64,000 nt of DNA, taken from assembly GCA_024137785.1 (NCBI GenBank), contig JAHRHZ010000268.1, positions 14,026,698 to 14,090,697 on the forward strand. The letters run 5' to 3'. A program made the translations under genes and the position numbers. Of this stretch, positions 25,201-40,200 are shown in pieces (position 1 is the first letter of the stretch; the number at the start of each line of letters is the position of its first letter). Origin of the DNA: Ginglymostoma cirratum. Lineage: Eukaryota. Under the pieces are notes generated by a model that worked only from the letters and a program-made list of their open reading frames with translations, searched no databases and was not told the DNA's origin.

Positions 25201-28200
25201 AAGGAAATTGCCCCAATGTCTTCAAGTGTGCAATGTGGTTAAAGTGTACTTTCTTTGGTATTGTAGTAATGCTGAATTTCTGTGTTTTCTAGCCTCTGAG
25301 ACTAGACATCAAACGGAAGCTGACTGCTCGGTCTGACCGAGTGAAAAGTGTTGACTTGCATCCAAGTGAACCATGGATGTTGGCCAGTCTTTACAATGGC
25401 AGTGTCTGCGTGTGGAACCATGAATCCCAAGTATAGTATTAATGCCTCTTCCAGTTCTGGCAGATGTTACAATTGTTAAATAGTGTTTAATAAAATATTT
25501 AATATTTACATCATTTCAGACCACCTCACTGCAATTTGCTCCTAAAATTGCTTTGCCACCCTGTTTCTGTCTCAGAGAAGCAGATTGGTGTTTCTGTTTT
25601 CCCTTCCAAAAAAAAACCTTTTCCCCTGTGTAGCGTCCAACATTTCATTTGTAAAAGACCATAAGATATTCTTTTATGTCAGATGAATTGTAGTTTGAAG
25701 TTATCCTATATCTTTATTTTTAAGACTTGATGAAGGAATGTTTAACATATGGTCAGCTATTTCAGAAGTAAAAATTGTCTTAGCATAAAATCGTAATAAG
25801 TATTATTTTCTTGATTATAACTCACCCAAAGATAATTAATACCCACAGTTGCATCTTGTGCCCTATCTCTATGTAAAATGATTATATGATTGCACTGCAA
25901 TAGATTACAAATCTTCCACTTCCAAGATTCAAGTTAGCCCACATTAGAAATACTCTCCTTGAGGGAATGAACTTGTCCGCATCTCAGTTTCAAAATTTAA
26001 TGCCACTCAGAGAGACAACAGTTGGCAATGGAAATGTCTGAGACATTGTAATGGGGCTGTTTTGAACTTGTGTTAAATGATTCTGCACAACCGTTCACAC
26101 ATGCAGTTTCTGCTCTGAGAATGACTGATGTCACTGCTACAAAATAAGAGTAAGTATTTAATTTTCCCAGCCCACATGTCCATATCTACAAAACTTAGAA
26201 AATATTCAAATTAAACAAGTTTCTATCTTGGTTATTCAAAGATAAGTGGTTCCATCGCATGGGTCTTTCTTGCTCTCATTTCTTCCTGTATTTAGTTTAG
26301 CAAATGTATACTAGTATTTTAAATGAATGGGATATCATTGTTAGTGTGTGAGTTTCAACTGAATTGATTGTATTTACTTTTTATACTATTTCTGTACTCT
26401 TTCAGACTCTTGTGAAGACATTTGAAGTGTGCGACCTGCCTGTCAGGGCATCCAAGTTTGTGGCACGAAAGAACTGGGTCATCACAGGAGCAGTAGGTAT
26501 CTTTGAGTGTAAACTTTATGATTTGAAAGAGGTGCGCTTCCTTGATAATACTTACTTAAAAATGCAGCTCAATGCAATGTAGCACCATCCAGACCAGAGG
26601 GTTATATGAGCAGTCCATCGTCTCTCTTGTACTGGTAGATGTCAGCTAGACTGCAATGGGGGCAGTGATCTTGGCCTCTCAATCCTCAGTAGAGGAAGCA
26701 ACTTGCAGACATTGCTGCAATACAATAAAATGTCTCAAGCTTTAAATGTCTTTTATATAGCAGAATTTCAGAAGGGTAAGACCAGACATAGTTACATCGC
26801 CTAATCAACATCCAGTGACCGAAGTTGAAAGTTTGTGGTTAAATATCTGTTGTGAGCCTTCAGCCTAAGGTGTAATAACTCATCCATATTGAATAGTCAA
26901 TTGACATTCAGACCAAGGTTCATGTTTGAAGGTTACTTGGTTGAGGGATAAAGGCACCTGGATGGGTACATGAATAGGAGGGGGTTAGAGGGATATGAAC
27001 CAAATGCTTGCAAATGGGACCAGATTCATTTATTATATCTGGTTGGCATGGATGAGGTGGACTGAAGAGTATGTTTCTGTGCTGTATAACTCTTAAGAGC
27101 ATTGCTCACAACCGAGGAATCAGTAAGAACTCGGCATGTAAACTTGAGAACATTTTTTTAAATTCAAAAATGAAGAAGGAACAATTACCTTTCTTAAATA
27201 AAATTACACACCTAAACTGTAAATGGCTTAAGTTTTTTTTATTGGCCAGAACTTTCCCAAGTATTAAATTAATTTTGTTCGTTTGTTTGAAAATGTTTGG
27301 AGAATCCAGAAGGCCAGCATGTCTAAGGAAGATAAATTATTGATGTTGGTTGGTCCCACAGTACTTTGACAATACCATAATTTCATGTTTTGTTGTGAAA
27401 TCAGCCATTTGTTGTTTATATGATATAAACAGTGAATCAAGGTTATATCTGCTGTTTGTGTTGGTATTAGAAGGATGATGTGTGTTATTTTGAAATAGCA
27501 GTTCACAAAAACTTGTACATCTTAGATATCCTGTAACATCTAGGGATGATAAGGCATAATTTGTTGCCTTGCAATTTAGGATGACATGCAAATCAGAGTC
27601 TTCAATTACAACACCCTGGAGAGAGTTCATATGTTTGAAGCTCATTCAGATTACATTCGTTGTATTGCTGTTCACCCAACTCAACCTTACATCTTGACCA
27701 GCAGTGGTGAGTGTATTTCTTTTCTTTTGGCTTTAAACATTTCAATGTTGTTACCTGCGTATGTAAAATTAATAGGAAGTTTTTTTTATTTTTTTAGATT
27801 TTTTAATATTGAAAAGATTGTTAAAATCTTGAGAGTGAAAATCTGTCTCTGCAGACACTTTTTTTGGTAGTTTTAGAATCTTGCTGATTTCTGGAATAGT
27901 TTCAAAAACTGATAAATTGTTTCCTTGGTAGATGACATGCTTATCAAACTGTGGGATTGGGAGAAGAAGTGGACCTGCACCCAGGTTTTTGAAGGGCACA
28001 CTCATTATGTTATGCAAATTGTCATCAACCCGAAAGACAACAACCAATTTGCAAGTGCATCCTTAGATAGGACCATTAAGGTATGTGAACAAGCTGGTAT
28101 GGTGTGACAATACTATTTGAAAGAATGAGTTGAGTAATCTCAGTAGTTAAAATCATTCAGTGTAAAAGGGCATATAGAGAGATTTGAAAACAATGATTAC

Positions 28201-31200
28201 TTTTCAGTCTAAAATATGGAAACAAGTAATGCTGTGCTAGAATGTTGTACTTGGTTCAAAAATGTATTTTATTTTGTAAAGATCTGATGTTGAGCAAAGT
28301 ATGTTGGTACACTTCAGGTGTGGCAGCTTGGGTCATCCTCACCTAATTTCACCTTGGAGGGCCATGAAAAAGGAGTGAACTGCATTGACTACTACAGTGG
28401 TGGTGATAAGCCCTATCTGATTTCTGGAGCTGACGATCGCCTAGTTAAAATCTGGGATTACCAGGTACGGATAATTTATGACATTAAGTAATTGTTCGTG
28501 CATGTTTAGTAATTATGTAAGAATATTTAATGGTGTATTGGATTTTATTTAATAATAAAAGTTGATTCTGCAAAATGATGTAACATAAACATTGCTTCCA
28601 TAATGATCAAATTATACAAAAGTGTTGGCTATATTCTTCATTGTGATTAAAAGGCAAAACTTCAAGCCATTATGGGTCAACAACTGACAAAAGCATAGAT
28701 GCAGCAGCAAAATGATCAATATTTCCACCAGGGTAAAATCAGCTGATCATCTAATTTATATAAAATCATTGCCAATACTTGCAAAAATTAGTGAAGCTGA
28801 ACATATTGCTGTGTGCAGTGATTATTCCATTGCCAAACGGAAGGCAATGGCCTGGTGGTCTTATCGCTGGACCGTTAATCCAGAGGCCCAGGTATTGTTT
28901 TGGTGACCCGGGTTTGAATCCTACTATGGCAGATGGAATTTGAATTCAGTAAGTATCTAGATTTAAGGGTCTAATGGGACCCATAAAACTATTGCCAGTT
29001 ATTGTAAAAACCTATGGGTTCACTGATCTCCTTTAGGGAAGGAATCTGCCATCCTTACCTCATCCGGTCTATATGTAACTCCAAACCCACAGAAAGATGG
29101 TTACTCTTAACTGCCCTCTGGGCAATTAGGGATGGGCAAGAAATGCTGGCCCAGCCAGTTACACTGTCATCCAGTAAATTAATAAAAAAATTCAACCTAA
29201 TGACTAATCCAACTTTTTATTTCTAAATTATTTAATAAGTATTAATGTTATAAGTGAAATAATGCTGCTTTGCTTGTAGAATAAGACTTGTGTTCAGACA
29301 CTGGAGGGCCATGCTCAGAATGTCTCTTGTGTTAGCTTCCATCCTGAACTTCCAATTATCATCACTGGATCAGAGGATGGTGAGTATTGCATGTTTCAGT
29401 AATTGCTATTAATGCTTATTAAAAGTGCAAGTTTGATTTTTAAAATATATAAAATCGAAGAAAACCAACCAGTAACTTTTGTAGAATAAAATTAACTGTT
29501 AGTTTCTTGTCTGCTAACTTGTTCCACAACTTGTATATTTTGGGCAAAAAGACACTTCTTTCTTAAAACTTCATAATGGTTAACTTGTGGCCACTGATAT
29601 TTAAATAATTAATGATAACGAATTATGTGCTTTTAAAATTGAAGAGAAGCTTTCAAATGAATATAGAAAATTCCAAATAACTATGCTAGAGAATTGATAA
29701 TTGCAGCTTTTTCATGTAGTTTCTTTGTGACGTGGTCATTTTTGATTGACATGGAGTGGAGCTGTCTGTAGCTTAGTGAAGGTGTAAAATAGATAATGAA
29801 GAAATTGTTTAGTATTAATTGTTACCAAAAAGAGACCAGAAATTGAAGCTTTTCATCTTGCACTTGTCAGGACAAGGATGCAAAAAACAGACTTGAAGAA
29901 AGGGACATTTGTTTATGCAGTATGTCCTTTTTCTCAAGCCTGTTTTCTTATGACCTAGTCCTGATAAAGTACAAAACAAAAAGCTTTGATTTCTTGTCTC
30001 CTTTTAGTAATGTTTGAGTTCTGTGCTCCCAGGAAAAGATTAGTATTAATCAGGAAGCTGTTTTGTGGAAAATGACTTGTAGTTGTGATGACCCATGCAG
30101 TGTTCTCAAAAGCTTACTATTTTGCATTGGCCTGATGTTGAGAAACGAATGATCTGAAAGTATCTCTTTTCTTTGCATCGTAAAGGGCAGGCTTTAAAAG
30201 CAGATTGGATTGAACTTGAGTAGAATTGCTGATTGTATCTTCACAATGCTCTGCATTTCTTTGTATGTTACTTTTATTTGAAAGGTTAATTAAAATGTCT
30301 CAAAAATTTGTCCATTTTCCACATTACTACAAGGAAGGGTTTTGAAATTCATTGCTTACCAACACACTCATTATTTATAGCTGGTTTAAAGAAAGTTGTA
30401 ATGGAAAACAATAGATGTGATCAAGAGTAAAAGGAAATGATTTTTTAAGTTATGTCTGGTCTTGATGAAGCAGCATTTGGTGTATTGTATTCAGTTTTTT
30501 TTTTGCCTTCACCGGAAAATGTAAAATTAGTGGAAGGATTTTAGCGAAGATTTGTAGCTCGGGTTGTGGGTGACGTTGTTGATTCGCTCGCCGAGCTAGC
30601 TAGTTTTCGTTCAGACATTTTGTCACCACACTAGGTAGCTTCATCGGTGAGGCTTCCGATGAAGCAATGTTGTTCTACTCCACTAGGAATTTATACTGTC
30701 TGGCCTGTTATGGTGACTAGTGTCATTTCCAGTTTTGTTCTGTATAGGTTTGTATATGGGGTCCAATTCTCTATGCTTGTTGATTGCATTATGGGTTGAG
30801 AACCATGCCTGTTGGAATTCCCGTGTGTATCTATATTTGGCTTGGGCTACTGTGGTTGCATTGTCCTAGTTAAACTGATGGGCTTCATTGTCTGAGTATA
30901 CTGATTTTAAGGAAAGTTTGTCATGTCGTTTTGCCGCTAGCTGATGCTCGTGTATTCTAATGGCTAGTTTCCATCCTGTCTGTCCAGTGTAATGTTTGTG
31001 GCAGTCGTTGCATGGTATTTTGTAAACCATGTTGGTTCTGCATGTTGTGGGAACAGGGTTTTTAATACGTGAGCGTTTGTTGTAGAATGGCTGTGGGTTT
31101 GTGAGCTACCATGATTCCTAGTGGTCGTAGGAGTCTTGTTGCCAGTTCTGGTATGTTTCTTGATGCGGGGCAATGTGGCCAGTGTGTTAAGGTGTATTGT

Positions 31201-34200
31201 GTCTTCTGGCTGTTGTCTATTTAGTAGACATCTCCGAATGAAGTTGTGGCCCAAACCGGAAACATACAGAATTGGACCCCATATATAAACCCATACAGAA
31301 CAAAACCGGAACTGACACCACCTACCATAACGGACCAAACAGTAAAAGTTTCAAGCGGAGTTGAATAATATCTCTTCATCAAAGACCTCACTGATGATGC
31401 CACTTAGCGTGGTGATGAAACATCTGAATGAAAACAAGCCAGCTTGGCGAGCAAGTCAACAACCTCATTAGTGGAAGTTCAGAAGACAGTTAAGAGTTTC
31501 TGAATTAAAAGGGCTGAGCTTTGAGGGAGGATGTTGTCTTCCCAAACCCCAAACAGTTCATTTCCTGAAGGACGAGGAGGAGGAGGAGATGAGAGGGACT
31601 GATGAAGATCCTTAAGGTTTCTATTGGAATGAAAACTTTGGATTGAGGAAAATATTTTTGTTGGCCCCAAAATTCAGGGATGAGGAATGTGCATTTTCAA
31701 ATCAAGGATATTAGAGAAAAATTACATTTAAGTAACTTTGTTTCTTAAATAATGTGATTAAATTGTTAATTAGTTTACTGGTTAGGGTGATTTAGAAGGA
31801 AACAAGTTTTAAAGATGGAATGTATTCTTGTCCGTAAAGAGATGTAGGGTAATGGTTCAAGAATCATGATTTAAACTGATGTAAGAATTGGAAGAATGGA
31901 TTGCATGAAGCAATCTCCTCTTGTTCAAAACATTTCTGTGTTACTATGCATACAACTAACCATTTGCATTTAATCCTTTAAAGGTACTGTTCGTATCTGG
32001 CATTCGAGCACTTACCGCCTCGAAAGTACTCTGAATTATGGGATGGAACGAGTCTGGTGTGTGGCAAGTCTGAGAGGCTCCAACAATGTGGCTCTTGGCT
32101 ATGATGAAGGCAGTATCATCATTAAGGTATGCGAGTTAAAACACTTTTGTTTGTGCATCTATAATTTGCAGTATGAAAATGCAATTCTTTTACGGTCTCA
32201 GATCATTGGTGTGATTTCTCGATTCATTTTGCTTTATACAGGTTATCTATACTATCTCTTAACTGCCGTATGTAGAATAGAGTACAAAATGCTGCAATTT
32301 AGGGAGAATCTGGATGTCCTTGCACCTGACTCTCAAAAGTTAGGTTGCAGGTACAACATGGAATTGGGAAGATAAATGTAACGTGGAGAACTGAATTTAA
32401 CAGGAGCGAGAGCTTGTTGTAATAGTGCAGGGCAGTTAATTGGAGATTAATTCACACTGAGATATATGGATTTTGTCTCCTAAAGGAGATAGTTGCTTTT
32501 AGAAGCAGTTCATAAAGGTTTACTATAATGATTACTGGCGCAAAAGAGTTGTCTGAAAAGGAAGGTTTGAGCAGGTTTATAAGAAGGAGAGGTGACCTTA
32601 AGGTGGATTAACAAGGATGTTTCCACTCAGAGTTCCAGAATGAGGTGCACAGCTTAAAAATAGAGGTCCCCTTTTTATGTTGGAGTTGAGGGATTTCTTC
32701 TGTCACAAGGTTATTAGCCTGTACAATTATTTTCAACAGAGAACAGTGGAAGCTGAATCTTTCTGTCAAAGTGAGAGGTTATTGGAGAATGCAGGGAGGT
32801 GGAGGTCAGGCAACAGTCAGAACAGCGATGCTCTTGTTGATGGGGAACAAGGCTGAATGGCCTTATCTTCCCATTACTTATTGATCCTGTGATCACTCAC
32901 CTGGTTGGAATGTAGGTGTATGTTCATTGATTAGAGGGATTTTGTTGAGAGGAGATAAAGTTTAATTTACACACAAACAGTACTGCTGGAGAAATTCAGC
33001 AGGTCTGTAGAGAGAAAGCAGAGTTAATGTTTCGGGTCCAGGGACCTTCCTCAGCACTTTTATTTTGCCCACTAATGCACGTGAGTTTTACTGAAAGGAT
33101 TATGAGCACATACCTTTTTTAAACTTAAGCTTACACTGAGATAACTGGCTTGTCTTTTCTCTAAGACAACAAATGTACAGGAATGCAGATGCTGTAAATC
33201 AGAAACCAAAACTGCAATTGCTGGAAAAGCTCAGCAGGTCTGGCAGCATCTGTGGAGAGAAAGGGTGGCTTGACCCGAAACGTTAACTCTGATTTCTCGC
33301 CACAGATGCTGCCAGACCTGCTGAGCTTTTCCAGCAGTTTCTGTTTTTGTACAGGAATGTAACCTGGCTTTCAGTTTTGGCACATGTAAAAGTATTCCTA
33401 GAGCAACGTAAGTGCACAACAAAAACAAAGTTTATATAACTGTACCAAGCAGTATATCTAAATTAATTCAGACACTTGAGAAGATTAAACAATGTTACAT
33501 TAGTCTGAAATTTTCCATTATCCGTAACAGCTTATCCTATGTGTTCTCTGAGAAGTTTACTTATGTGTATAGGTGTATGTTCAAGTAGAACTGAGGTGAG
33601 GCTGCTGATACTCATTTCAACTAAGGTCTTTGCAACTTGTAGAGGAGAGAGAGAGAGGGGAAGCTTTTGTCTCTTCAATTTCGACCAGGTATCAGTCAAA
33701 AAAGTTGCATGAAAATGTGTTGCTGCTCAGTTTTCCCTCAGCCTCATCCAAGTTAGTCTTTTTAAAATATTTGTATTTCAAACTAGAGAATTTAGAAGGG
33801 TCACTGGACACAAAGCGTTAACTTTGCTTTTTCTCCACAGGTGCCACGAGACCTGCTGAGTTTCTCCAGGAATGTCTCTTTTTGTTTTAGTACATGTTGG
33901 TCTGACTTGGTTTTCAAACATGAGAGAGTAGTCTTGTACTTGATAGATTTATATTTAATACTTTTAGCTGGGACGTGAAGAACCTGCAATGTCTATGGAT
34001 GCTAGTGGTAAAATTATTTGGGCCAAGCATTCTGAAGTCCAGCAGGCTAACCTGAAAGCAATGGGAGATACTGAGATAAAAGATGGTGAAAGACTGCCTT
34101 TGGCTGTGAAGGACATGGGAAGCTGTGAGATTTATCCACAGACAATTCAACATAATCCCAATGGAAGGTAAAGCTTTAACTTGCACTAATTTAAAAATGT

Positions 34201-37200
34201 ATTTTTTTAACAATTGCACAGCCCAAAATAGATTTAAAATTAATATTTATTTTGTTTCAAAGTAAAATCAAAATATGGTCACCATAACTGATTTTAACTA
34301 CTCCAGGATAGTTACTTGGATAAGTTAGTATAACCTTTTCTAAAATGTAGAAATTTACCGTTTGGAGTATTAGAAATGGACAGTGTAAAGGAATTATAAT
34401 GTGCCATTTTGTTTGGCATCTTTCAGTCCAATGCAGTGCTTCCCAAGCATGTTCCCACTGTTACTTCATATTGAGACTTGTAAATTGTCACAAATACTCT
34501 GATAGCGAGTCGGTTGGTGGAGAAACGTAAGAGGGTAGGGTAGGGGAGAGAAATCTGTGTGAACTGGTTGCGGGGAGGTGAGGGCTGGTGATCATGTCCT
34601 CTGAGTGCAAGTGACTATTGGAGCGTCAGCACAGCTGTTAGATCTGTATGGCAGCATCTGCCGCCTCAGAACTTGTAACCCCCATATTTCAGCTTGTGAC
34701 CCCAATTGCAGTCCTGACCCCACTTTGGGAAGCCCTGGTTTAGTGCAATGATGGTTTGTATTTTGTTAATAAACTGTATTAAACAGTGTAACTCAGAATA
34801 CACCACTTTGGCATAGCAGTTTTTGCTGTATTTGATGCAGATTAAGACTGTAGCCCAAGAAGCTGCAGGATTTGCTGGCCTATATTTTCCCTGGACCCTA
34901 TGAGTAGCAATTAAAAAGTTTCTATTTCTTATTGCCTCTTGCAATACCCCTCCAAACAGTCAGACTCCAGAGGTTGTAGTCATTGATGACTGTCTTCCAG
35001 TTGGCTGTATTGATGTTTGTCACCTTCTCTTTTGTTTGCGAGTGCCATTGTAGCAGATGTATGGATGGCCAGCAGGGTGTTACACAGTTCACACACAAGA
35101 AATCTTTGGCTACGTGCACATAATCCTTCTGAAAAATGTGGCTCAGCCATGGCAGATATTGTTGTCTTAACAATAAGCATATGCTGCTGAAAACAGCACA
35201 CTCCAGGTCGGCCGTCTAAACTGGTGACCTTGTCCTACCAAGCAATACCAAGGATATGTCTGAAGTAGCAAGGCTGGATACTGTTTTTCCTGCTGAAAAT
35301 GTGTTGTCCAGGTAGAGGAGGGCTCTTTTCGGCAAAAGGAAATTTTCATTCGTGTGTTCATTTGAATTTTGATTCTTAGGTTTGTGGTAGTCTGTGGTGA
35401 TGGTGAATACATTATCTACACAGCGATGGCTTTGAGAAATAAGAGCTTTGGATCTGCACAGGAGTTTGTATGGGCACACGATTCTTCTGAGTAAGTAAAA
35501 TACCAATTATTTGATTTTAATTAATGGCCAAGAAACACTTGAACAATTAATGGAGTTTCCTTTGTTTTTAGATATGCAATCAGGGAAAGCAACAGTGTGG
35601 TGAAAATATTCAAAAATTTTAAAGAAAAGAAATCATTTAAGCCTGATTTTGGAGCAGAAGGTAAGGAGTTTCATAATAGCAACTGGATGTAAATGAGATG
35701 ATAGCCAAGTTTAGCAAATATCCCTTTCCCTACACAATTATGAAAGTAGCCCATTCTCCACATTAGTACGTCCAGCAAATTGAACTTTTTTTCTCCCCAG
35801 TCTTCCCTGCTCCCCCCGCAACCCCATGTAAGCCTTTGACTGGCTTTGGTGTGAGTTAATAGAGTGGAGAAACTTAAGCTGTTTATGAGTTGCTTCAGGA
35901 AGTTACCATATTTTGGGAATAAATATACAGGAAAAGAATTTGATTGTTTCTGTCTGTTGTATTTAAAATTGGTAGGTTCAGTTGGAACAGCTTAAATGTT
36001 TTTGAAGCCAAACTATAGTTTGCACAAAATTCTAGGTAGATGAAAAGTCTGAAGTTAGCTTTCTTGTAGTATCTGCATGTAACTGTACTTTTCAATAAGG
36101 AATACATTATAAATCAATTATGTAACTGCTTGGATTGCCCTTTAAATAAAAACAAAATGGTCAAACATTTGAGTCAGCCACTGGAAAATGGTGAGAGACA
36201 TCTGTTTTATAATTCAGAACTAAAAAGATACCTATGCAAGATACACTGTCCCTGATGATAAACTAGAAAGTTGTTCTGTACTTTGGGTGAGTAGAGACAC
36301 TGTTGAGAGTGGAAATTCAAAATAAGATTCATTGCAGCATGAATAAAGCAAAATAAATGTGGGAGATGATGTGGTCAAAAGGAAGAATGATGGCTTAAAA
36401 GAGGAAGTAAACAAGAAAGAGGAAAAAAGGGATGATCTGACAATGCATTATCCTATTATGTGACTTAATTTTTTCATGTCACTGCTTTTGGTTCATTCTT
36501 AAAGATGCAATGTAGTTAGGTTATGAAGACTGATATCCTGTAATTTTCAGTCAATGGAGTATGTACTAGATTAGATTATATTTGAAGTTGGAAGACTGAA
36601 TTCCGGAATATTCTTTCAAATATATTTGCAAACTGTTTGTCTTTTTTTTTGTTTTGTGTGATGTTCTTGTTTGATAATTTTAAAGCTTTTCATATTCATA
36701 GGCATCTATGGAGGGTTCCTCCTCGGTGTCCGCTCAATGAATGGCTTGGCGTTTTATGACTGGGACACCACTGAGCTCATCCGCCGAATTGAAATACAGC
36801 CCAAACATGTGAGTGATTATCACCTGACTATTTGTGTTATACCAAGGGAGAATATTCCAAATTAAGAACAAAGTGTGACTTTTCAGTGTTTATCTTAATG
36901 TAAATATATCATCTTTTTTCAGAATCTTAATGTATTTCATTCTGGTACATTTTACTTCTGAAATGTCCTTAAAATATAAATATGTGACTTTTCGAGCTGA
37001 TCATTTTTACGTTGCTCTCTCAATAATGGATGATGTGCTCCCAATGAAAATAGCATCTGTATAAGAGGATTTATAGTATTTATTGCTGAGATTTTCCTTC
37101 AGATCCTGTACTCTGTCCATGTATATGAATGTATAACACTGTGCACAGTTGGAGATTGCTGTATACTAGCGGGCATGCTGTCGATGGCAAATCATTTAAA

Positions 37201-40200
37201 ATTAATGAACTATTATTTGTTGTAGTCAGAAAAGCCAGGTAGCTTGTGCACATGGTTAGAACTTGCAGTAAGGAACTAACATATCTGATTGAACTTTCAA
37301 AAAATGTAGTGCTAAATTAAGAGAAGTGACTTAAACCTCCAGAAGTAAGATCAATTTTACTATGAAGTAACTTTTAAATATCTTGGAGCGGAATGCAATT
37401 TAGTATGATGAATGCAGCCTCTGTTGAATTCAGCACAGTGTAGAGCTGGAGGAACACAGCTAGTCAGGCAGCAGCAGAAGAGGAGCAAAGTCAACATTTC
37501 TGGTCGGGACCCTTCTTCAGAACTGGTGGATGGGGGCTGGGAAATAAATTGAGGGAGGAGGGGTGGTGCTGTGGGAAGGTAGGTAGGATGGCGACAGGTG
37601 GATGCGGGTAGTGGGGATTGGTCAGTGGGCAGATAGATGAGAGGGAAGATGGAGAAGTTGTGTCAGATCAAGGAGGTGAGAGGGAGGATGGGTGGGGCTG
37701 GGGAAAGGTAGGTGGAGTGGTGATAGGTGAATGCAGGTAGGGGTAGAGGGGATTATTCAGTGTGAAGGGAGGGGCAGATAGGTCAAGGAGGCAGGGATGA
37801 AAGTGGGGGTTGGGAGTGGAATGAGGCCGGGGATTGGCAGATTTTAAAACGGGTGAATCCTATGTTCAGACCATTGGGCTGTAGCCTCCCAAGGCAGAAT
37901 ATGAGGTGTTGCTCCTCCAGTTTGCGGGTGGCGTTATTGTGGCACTGGAGGAAGCCCATCATGAACATGTCATCAAGGGAGTGGGATGGGGAGTTAAAAT
38001 GATTAGCGACTGGAAGGTGTTGTCGATTATCGGTACAGTTTGCGCTTGGTCTCACTGATGTAGAGGAGGCCACATCAGGAGCAGTGGATGCAGGTAGACC
38101 AAGTTGGAGGATGTACAGGTGAACCCTTGTTGGATATGAAAGGTTTGCTTTGGGCCTTGAATGAAGGTGAGGGGTTGGGGAGGCGTAGGGGCAGGTGTAG
38201 CACTTCCTGCAGTTGCAAGGATAGGTGCCGGGTGTTAGTGGGGAGTGTGGAGCGGTTGAGGGAGTCGTGGAGTGAGTGGGTTCTATGAAAGACAGATAGA
38301 GATGGGGAAGGAAATATCTCTGGTTGTGGGGTCAGATTGTAGGTGGCAGAAGTGGCAGAGGATGATGCGCTGGTGCAGAGGTTGGTGGGGTGGTAGGTAG
38401 GACCAGGGGGAATCCTGTCTTTATTTCTGTTGGGTGGAGGGGATGTGAGGGCAGAAGTGCAGGAAATGGATGAGATGTGGGTAAGGGGATTTTTGATCAC
38501 CGGAGGGGGGATGTTGCAGTCCTTGAAATAGGAGGACATCTGGGATGGTCGGGAGTGGAACGCCCCATCTTAGGAGCAGGCGTGGCAGAGCCGGAGGAAC
38601 TGGGACTGAGGGATCGCATTCTTGAAGGAGGGTGGATGAGAGGAGCTGTAGTCCAGGTAGCTATGGGAGTCGGTGTGTTTGAAATAGATGTCATTGTTGA
38701 GGTGGTTACCAGGTCCAGAAAGGGGAGGGAAATATCTGAGACAGAGTCAAGGTAAGCGGAGATGAGTTCAGTGGGGCAGGAGCAGGCAGAGACAGTGGGT
38801 TGGCTGGGGCAGTCAGGTTTGTGGATTTTAGGAAGGAGATAGAACTGGATGGTGCGGGGTTGGGAACGATGAGGTTGGAGGTTCTGGGTGGGATGTCACC
38901 TGAGATTGTGCGGTTATGGATGGTTTGGTGATCAGGGGTGGGGTCATACTCGAGGGGGCGGTAGGAGGAGGTGTCAGAGAGTTGGTGCCTGGCCTCCGCG
39001 ATGTTGAGGTCAGTGCATCCTTACCACTACTGTGTCCCCGTTATCCGCAGGTTTGATGGTGAGGTCAAGGTTGGGGTGGAGGGCTGCCTGTTCCGATGGG
39101 GAGAGGGCTGGAGACATTGAGGTGATTGATGTCGTGACGGCAGTTGGAGATAGAGGATGAGCGAGGGTAGAGGGTGGGGGATGTGGGTCCACCCATCACT
39201 TCTCACCTACCTTCCCCCAGCCCCACCCCTCCTCCCTCTATCTATTTCCTAGCCCTCTTCCCCTTCCCCACTCCCCATTTCTGAAGAAGAGTCCCGACCC
39301 GAAACGTTGACTTTCCTGCTCCTCTGATGCTATGTTCTTCCAGCTCCTTACTGTTGACTCCGACTCCCGTATCTGCAGTTCTTGGTATCTTCGAGCCTCT
39401 GTTAAAATTTGCTTCGTAAATTATTCCAGACTGAATAGAAATAGAGGAAATTGCAATTGGTATCAAGGGAGTAGGAAATAAAAATGATCTGAGTTGTAGT
39501 CATACGGCATGAAAGTAGACCCTTCAGTCCAACTAGCCTACACCAATCATGTTCCCAGACTAAACTAGTTCCATTCACCTGCATTTGCACCATATTCCTC
39601 CAAATCTTTCCTATTTATGTACTTATCCAGATGTCTTTTAAATGTTGTAACTGTACCTGCATCTACCACTTTCTCTGGCAGTTCATTCCACACATGAACA
39701 ATTCTCTGTAAAAATGTTGGCCCTCATGTCCTTTTTAAAACTTTCTCCTCTCACCGTAAAAATATGGCCCCTAGTTTTGAACTCCCCCCACCCTAGGGAA
39801 AAAACCCTTTTCATTCACCCTATCTATATCCCTCATGATTTTATAAACCTCTATAAGGTCACCCCTCAGCCTCCTACATTGCAGTGAAGAGAGTCCCAGC
39901 CTATCCAGCCGATTTTTATAACACAAACCCTCCATTCCAAGCAACATCTTGGTAAATCTTTTCTGAACTGTCTCTAGTTTAATAATATTCTTCCTACAGC
40001 AGAGTAACCAGCACTGCACAAAGTACTTCAGAAGAATTCTCACCAACATCCTGTACAACCTCAACATGACATCCCAACTCCAATACTCAAAAGGTCTCAG
40101 CAATGAAGGCAAGCATGCTAAATGCCTTCTTAACCACGCTGTCTACCTGTGACGCAAATTTCAAAGAACTACGTACTTGAACCCTTAGGCTTCTCTGTTC

